A DNA stretch of 64,000 nucleotides from Auanema rhodensis. Taxonomy: Eukaryota > Animalia > Nematoda. A program made the position numbers and the translations under genes. Below are positions 57,001 to 64,000 of this stretch, in pieces (the first letter of the stretch is position 1; every line of letters starts with the position of its first letter). The DNA is taken from the NCBI GenBank assembly GCA_964057225.1, contig OZ059900.1, positions 1,178,001 through 1,242,000 of the forward strand, given 5' to 3'. The notes under the pieces are model-generated. The model was not told the DNA's origin. It saw only the letters and a list, made by a program, of their open reading frames with translations, and did not search any database.

Positions 57001-58933
57001 GCATAGTTTTATTGTCTATGACAACAAAAATCATCAATTAAACGCTAGTGATGTTTAAATACTGATTTTCGCTCAAATAGCATTACTACACTAAGTATGG
57101 TCGTTTTTATGCCTTTAACACCATATACTCACCGATTTTTGGTACAAAATCTGTAATACTTGTAAATTTTGATCATATTCGTTAAGATTCGAGAATCAAA
57201 CACATAATACACGAAATAAGTCTATTTTTACAAGTTTGCACTGATATTTATTCATTTTGATCAAAAAAGATCGAAAATAGAAAGAATTTTTGAAATTTCC
57301 GAGTTTTGAGTCCAATTTGGCTAAATCGCTCATATATATGATCAAAAGCATAGTTTTATTGTCTATAACAACAAAAGTCATCAATTAAACGCTAGTGATG
57401 TTTTAATACTGAATTTCGCTCAAATAGCATTACTACACTAAGTATGGTCGTTTTTATGCCTTTAACACCATATACTCACCGATTTTTGGTACAAAATCTG
57501 TGATACTCGTAAATTTCGATCATATTCGTTAAGATTTGAGAATCAAACACACAATACACGAAATGAGTTTATTTTCACGAGTTTGCACTGATATTTATTC
57601 ATTTTGATCAAAAAAGGTCGAAAATAGAAAGAATTTTTGAATTTTCCGAGTTTTGAGTCCAATTGGGCTAAATCGCTCATATATATGATCAAAAGCATAG
57701 TTTTACTGTCTATGATAACAAAAGTCTTCAAATATACACTAGTAATGATTAAATCACTGAATTTCACTCAAATAGCATTACTATACTAAGTATGGTCGTT
57801 TTTATGCCTTTAACACCATATACTCACCGATTTTTGGTACAAAATCTGTAATACTTGTAAATTTCGATCATATTCGTTAAGATTTGAGAATCAAACACAT
57901 AATACACGAAATAAGTCTATTTTTACAAGTTTGCACTGATATTTATTCATTTTGATCAAAAAAGGTCGAAAATAGAAAGAATTTTTGAAATTTCCGAGTT
58001 TTGAGTCCAATTTGGCTAAATCGCTCATATATATGATCAAAAGCATAGTTCTATTGTCTATAACAACAAAAGTCTTCAATTAAACGCTAGTGATGTTTTA
58101 ATACTGAATTTCGCTCAAATAGCATTACTACACTAAGTATGGTCGTTTTTATGCCTTTAACACCATATACTCACCGATTTTTGGTACAAAATCTGTAATA
58201 CTCGTAAATTTTGATCATATTCGTTAAGATTTGAGAATCAAACATACAATACACGAAATCAGTCTATTTTTATGAGCTTGCACTGATATATATTCATTTT
58301 GATCAAAAAAGGTCGAAAATAGAAAGAATTTTTGAAATTTACGAGTTTTGAGTCTAATTTGGCTAAATCGCTCATATATATGATCAGAAGCATAGTTTTA
58401 TTGTCTATGACAACAAAAGTCATTAATTAAACACTAATAATGTTTAAATCACTAAATTTCGCTCAAATAGCATTACTACACTAAGTATGGTCGTTTTTAT
58501 GCCTTTAACACCATATACTCACCGATTTTTGGTACAAAATCTGTAATACTTGTAAATTTTGATCATATTCGTTAAGATTCGAGAATCAAACACATAATAC
58601 ACGAAAGAAGTCTATTTTTATGAGTTTGCACTGATATTTATTCATTTTGATCAAAAAAGGTCGAAAATAGAAAGAATTTTTGAAATTTCCGAGTTTTGAG
58701 TCTAATTTGGCTAAATCGCTCATATATATGATCAGAAGCATAGTTTTATTGTCTATGACAACAAAAGTCATTAATTGAACACTAATGATGTTTAAATCAC
58801 TGAATTTCACTCAAATAGCATTACTACACTAAGTATGGTCGTTTTTATGCCTTTAACACCATATACTCACCGATTTTTGGTACAAAATCTGTGATACTCG
58901 TAAATTTCGATCATATTCGTTAAGATTTGAGAA
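52331..58933. repeat. Long-range, deletion-edited copy of about 25217-33210
   Basis: Collinear barcodes with offsets stepping 27114/27113, 26418, 26070, 25723. Rare shared variants include CCGAGGTTTG (30192/56610) and AAGTCTTTTTTT (monomers 27651/54764). Confidence 0.85.
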
Positions 58934-60323
58934 TCAAACACACAATACACGAAATGAGTTTATTTTCACGAGTTTGCACTGATATTTATTAATTTTGATC
59001 AAAAAAGGTCGAAAATAGAAAGAATTTTTGAATTTTCCGAGTTTTGAGTCCAATTGGGCTAAATCGCTCATATATATGATCAAAAGCATAGTTTTACTGT
59101 CTATGATAACAAAAGTCTTCAAATATACACTAGTAATGATTAAATCACTGAATTTCACTCAAATAGCATTACTATACTAAGTATGGTCGTTTTTATGCCT
59201 TTAACACCATATACTCACCGATTTTTGGTACAAAATCTGTAATACTTGTAAATTTCGATCATATTCGTTAAGATTTGAGAATCAAACACATAATACACGA
59301 AATAAGTCTATTTTTACAAGTTTGCACTGATATTTATTCATTTTGATCAAAAAAGGTCGAAAATAGAAAGAATTTTTGAAATTTCCGAGTTTTGAGTCCA
59401 ATTTGGCTAAATCGCTCATATATATGATCAAAAGCATAGTTCTATTGTCTATAACAACAAAAGTCTTCAATTAAACGCTAGTGATGTTTTAATACTGAAT
59501 TTCGCTCAAATAGCATTACTACACTAAGTATGGTCGTTTTTATGCCTTTAACACCATATACTCACCGATTTTTGGTACAAAATCTGTAATACTCGTAAAT
59601 TTTGATCATATTCGTTAAGATTTGAGAATCAAACATACAATACACGAAATCAGTCTATTTTTATGAGCTTGCACTGATATATATTCATTTTGATCAAAAA
59701 AGGTCGAAAATAGAAAGAATTTTTGAAATTTACGAGTTTTGAGTCTAATTTGGCTAAATCGCTCATATATATGATCAGAAGCATAGTTTTATTGTCTATG
59801 ACAACAAAAGTCATTAATTAAACACTAATAATGTTTAAATCACTAAATTTCGCTCAAATAGCATTACTACACTAAGTATGGTCGTTTTTATGCCTTTAAC
59901 ACCATATACTCACCGATTTTTGGTACAAAATCTGTAATACTTGTAAATTTTGATCATATTCGTTAAGATTCGAGAATCAAACACATAATACACGAAAGAA
60001 GTCTATTTTTATGAGTTTGCACTGATATTTATTCATTTTGATCAAAAAAGGTCGAAAATAGAAAGAATTTTTGAAATTTCCGAGTTTTGAGTCTAATTTG
60101 GCTAAATCGCTCATATATATGATCAAAAGCATAGTTTTATTGTCTATAACAACAAAAGTCATCAATTAAACGCTAGTGATGTTTTAATACTGAATTTCGC
60201 TCAAATAGCATTACTACACTAAGTATGGTCGTTTTTATGCCTTTAACACCATATACTCACCGATTTTTGGTACAAAATCTGTGATACTCGTAAATTTCGA
60301 TCATATTCGGTGAGATTCGAGAA
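57543..60323. repeat. 4-monomer duplication (1391 bp x2)
   Basis: Barcodes match at 57543/58934, 57891/59282 and 58586/59977 (the last is chimeric). Confidence 0.82.
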
Positions 60324-61017
60324 TCAAACACACAATACACGAAATAAGTTTATTTTGACGAGTTTGCACTGATATTTATTCATTTTGATCAAAAAAGGTC
60401 GAAAATAGAAAGATTTTTTGAAATTTCCGAGTTTTGAGTCTAATTTGGCTAAATCGCTCATATATATGATCAGAAGCATAGTTTTGTTGTCTATGACAAC
60501 AAAAGTCATTAATTAAACACTAATGATGTTTAAATACTGATTTTCGCTCAAATAGCATTACTACACTAAGTATGGTCGTTTTTATACCTTCAACACCATA
60601 TACTCACCGATTTTTGGTACAAAATCTGTGATACTCGTAAATTTCGATCATATTCGTTAAGATTTGAGAATCAAACACACAATACACGAAATGAGTTTAT
60701 TTTCACGAGTTTGCACTGATATTTATTCATTTTGATCAAAAAAGGTCGAAAATAGAAAGAATTTTTGAAATTTACGAGTTTTGAGTCTAATTTGGCTAAA
60801 TCGCTCATATATATGATCAGAAGCATAGTTTTATTGTCTATGACAACAAAAATCATCAATTAAACGCTAGTGATGTTTAAATACTGATTTTCGCTCAAAT
60901 AGCATTACTACACTAAGTATGGTCGTTTTTATGCCTTTAACACCATATACTCACCGATTTTTGGTACAAAATCTGTAATACTTGTAAATTTTGATCATAT
61001 TCGTTAAGATTCGAGAA

Positions 61018-64000
61018 TCAAACACATAATACACGAAATAAGTCTATTTTTATGAGTTTGCACTGATATTTATTCATTTTGATCAAAAAAGGTCGAAAAT
61101 AGAAAGAATTTTTGAATTTTCCGAGTTTTGAGTCCAATTGGGCTAAATCGCTCATATATATGATCAAAAGCATAGTTTTACTGTCTATGATAACAAAAGT
61201 CTTCAAATAGACACTAATAATGTGTAAATCACTGAATTTCACTCAAATAGCTTTACTACACTAAGTATGGTCGTTTTTATGCCTTTAACACCATATACTC
61301 ACCGATTTTTGGTACAAAATCTGTAATACTCGTAAATTTTGATCATATTCGTTAAGATTTGAGAATCAAACATACAATACACAAAATCAGTCTATTTTTA
61401 TGAGCTTGCACTGATATATATTCATTTTGATCAAAAAAGGTCGAAAATAGAAAGAAGTTTTGAAATTTCCGAGTTTTGAGTCTAATTTGGCTAAATCGCT
61501 CATATATATGATCAGAAGCATAGTTTTATTGTCTATGACAACAAAAATCATCAATTAAACGCTAGTGATGTTTAAATACTGATTTTCGCTCAAATAGCAT
61601 TACTACACTAAGTATGGTCGTTTTTATGCCTTTAACACCATATACTCACCGATTTTTGGTACAAAATCTGTAATACTTGTAAATTTTGATCATATTCGTT
61701 AAGATTCGAGAATCAAACACATAATACACGAAATAAGTCTATTTTTACAAGTTTGCACTGATATTTATTCATTTTGATCAAAAAAGATCGAAAATAGAAA
61801 GAATTTTTGAAATTTCCGAGTTTTGAGTCCAATTTGGCTAAATCGCTCATATATATGATCAAAAGCATAGTTTTATTGTCTATAACAACAAAAGTCATCA
61901 ATTAAACGCTAGTGATGTTTTAATACTGAATTTCGCTCAAATAGCATTACTACACTAAGTATGGTCGTTTTTATGCCTTTAACACCATATACTCACCGAT
62001 TTTTGGTACAAAATCTGTGATACTCGTAAATTTTGATCATATTCGGTGAGATTCGAGAATCAAACACACAATACACGAAATAAGTTTATTTTGACGAGTT
62101 TGCACTGATATTTATTCATTTTGATCAAAAAAGGTCGAAAATAGAAAGATTTTTTGAAATTTCCGAGTTTTGAGTCTAATTTGGCTAAATCGCTCATATA
62201 TATGATCAGAAGCAGAGATGTATTGTCTATGACAACAAAAGTCATTGATTGAACACTAATGATGTTTAAATACTGATTTTCGCTCAAATAGCATTACTAC
62301 ACTAAGTATGGTCGTTTTTATACCTTCAACACCATATACTCACCGATTTTTGGTACAAAATCTGTGATACTCGTAAATTTCGATCATATTCGTTAAGATT
62401 TGAGAATCAAACACACAATACACGAAATGAGTTTATTTTCACGAGTTTGCACTGATATTTATTCATTTTGATCAAAAAAGGTCGAAAATAGAAAGAATTT
62501 TTGAATTTTCCGAGTTTTGAGTCCAATTGGGCTAAATCGCTCATATATATGATCAAAAGCATAGTTTTACTGTCTATGATAACAAAAGTCTTCAAATATA
62601 CACTAGTAATGATTTAATCACTGAATTTCACTCAAATAGCATTACTATACTAAGTATGGTCGTTTTTATGCCTTTAACACCATATACTCACCGATTTTTG
62701 GTACAAAATCTGTAATACTTGTAAATTTCGATCATATTCGTTAAGATTTGAGAATCAAACACATAATACACGAAATAAGTCTATTTTTACAAGTTTGCAC
62801 TGATATTTATTCATTTTGATCAAAAAAGGTCGAAAATAGAAAGAATTTTTGAAATTTCCGAGTTTTGAGTCCAATTTGGCTAAATCGCTCATATATATGA
62901 TCAAAAGCATAGTTTTACTGTCTATGATAACAAAAGTCTTCAAATATACACTAGTAATGATTAAATCACTGAATTTCACTCAAATAGCATTACTATAGTA
63001 AGTATGGTCGTTTTTATGCCTTTAACACCATATACTCACCGATTTTTGGTACAAAATCTGTAATACTCGTAAATTTTGATCATATTCGTTAAGATTTGAG
63101 AATCAAACATACAATACACGAAATCAGTCTATTTTTATGAGCTTGCACTGATATATATTCATTTTGATCAAAAAAGGTCGAAAATAGAAAGAATTTTTGA
63201 AATTTACGAGTTTTGAGTCTAATTTGGCTAAATCGCTCATATATATGATCAGAAGCATAGTTTTATTGTCTATGACAACAAAAGTCATTAATTAAACACT
63301 AATAATGTTTAAATCACTAAATTTCGCTTAAATAGCATTACTACACTAAGTATGGTCGTTTTTATGCCTTTAACACCATATACTCACCGATTTTTGGTAC
63401 AAAATCTGTAATACTTGTAAATTTTGATCATATTCGTTAAGATTCGAGAATCAAACACATAATACACGAAAGAAGTCTATTTTTATGAGTTTGCACTGAT
63501 ATTTATTCATTTTGATCAAAAAAGGTCGAAAATAGAAAGAAGTTTTGAAATTTCCGAGTTTTGAGTCTAATTTGGCTAAATCGCTCATATATATGATCAG
63601 AAGCATAGTTTTATTGTCTATGACAACAAAAATCATCAATTAAACGCTAGTGATGTTTAAATACTGATTTTCGCTCAAATAGCATTACTACACTAAGTAT
63701 GGTCGTTTTTATGCCTTTAACACCATATACTCACCGATTTTTGGTACAAAATCTGTAATACTCGTAAATTTTGATCATATTCGTTAAGATTTGAGAATCA
63801 AACATACAATACACAAAATCAGTCTATTTTTATGAGCTTGCACTGATATATATTCATTTTGATCAAAAAAGGTCGAAAATAGAAAGATTTTTTGAATTTT
63901 CCGAGTTTTGAGTCCAATTGGGCTAAATCGCTCATATATATGATCAAAAGCATAGTTTTACTGTCTATGATAACAAAAGTCTTCAAATATACACTAATAA
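61018..64000. repeat. Further copy of the 26.3-29.6 kb block
   Basis: Offset 34409 for 27998/62407, 28346/62755 and 29042/63451. The rare TACTATAGTA variant occurs at 28582 and 62991, and AAATAGAC at 61210. Confidence 0.82.

Larger units (their letters stand above)
1..64000. repeat. Tandem satellite DNA array, 347/348-bp AT-rich monomer, about 184 copies, extending past both window edges
   Basis: The same unit (e.g. 200-546, TCAAACACATAATACACG...GATTCGAGAA) recurs every 347 or 348 bp from start to end. ORF-track anchors (200, 2634, 2981, 3328 ... 63451) step in multiples of 347/348 on one strand. I saw no non-repeat sequence. Confidence 0.99.

Noticed and set aside
200-63639. Roughly 150 near-identical minus-strand ORFs of 61-75 aa as a tandem gene family or diversified peptide cassette system
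   Set aside because: Starts and stops shift with single variants, and the ORF track reports none for many monomers. Most variants change amino acids, the composition (F/I/K/L/N) mirrors AT-rich DNA, and I recognise no domain. Ribo-seq or proteomics would be needed to revive this.
1-64000. CRISPR array, integron cassette array or other repeat-spacer system
   Set aside because: There are no unique spacers or cassettes. The entire unit is repeated, and no cas, integrase or reverse transcriptase gene is present.
1-64000. 5S rDNA, tRNA, snRNA or spliced-leader tandem gene array
   Set aside because: I recognise no such RNA sequence or Pol III A/B/C boxes, and the unit is uniformly AT-rich.
1-64000. 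Whole array as an assembly or concatemer artefact
   Set aside because: Hierarchically shared variants, chimeric junctions and private mutations indicate real evolutionary structure. Exact copy numbers of identical neighbours still need read support.

Overview
The whole 64 kb window is one uninterrupted head-to-tail satellite DNA array. It holds about 184 copies of an AT-rich 347/348-bp monomer (about 29% GC by hand count of 201-547), all in the same orientation and phase. I see no genes, RNA genes, transposon insertions, inversions or unique spacers. The repeated minus-strand 61-75 aa ORFs are by-products of the repeat, although they are useful as monomer barcodes. This looks like eukaryotic (peri)centromeric or heterochromatic satellite, but I cannot name the family or host. 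The interest is in the internal architecture. (1) Two variant domains meet at a mutation-rich junction at about 21.7-25.2 kb. (2) Local higher-order repeats (HORs) change period along the array (2-, 3-, 4-, 6-, 7- and 8-mers). (3) Long-range block copies occur at offsets of 6.6 kb, 25-27 kb and 34.4 kb, edited by exact whole-monomer deletions that leave chimeric monomers. (4) Polymorphisms show a strong CpG>TpG/CpA signature. (5) Dyad symmetries recur, and several linked variants improve pairing with a nearly invariant segment. I found no evidence of a novel protein-coding system. All comparisons were made by eye and need confirming by alignment.
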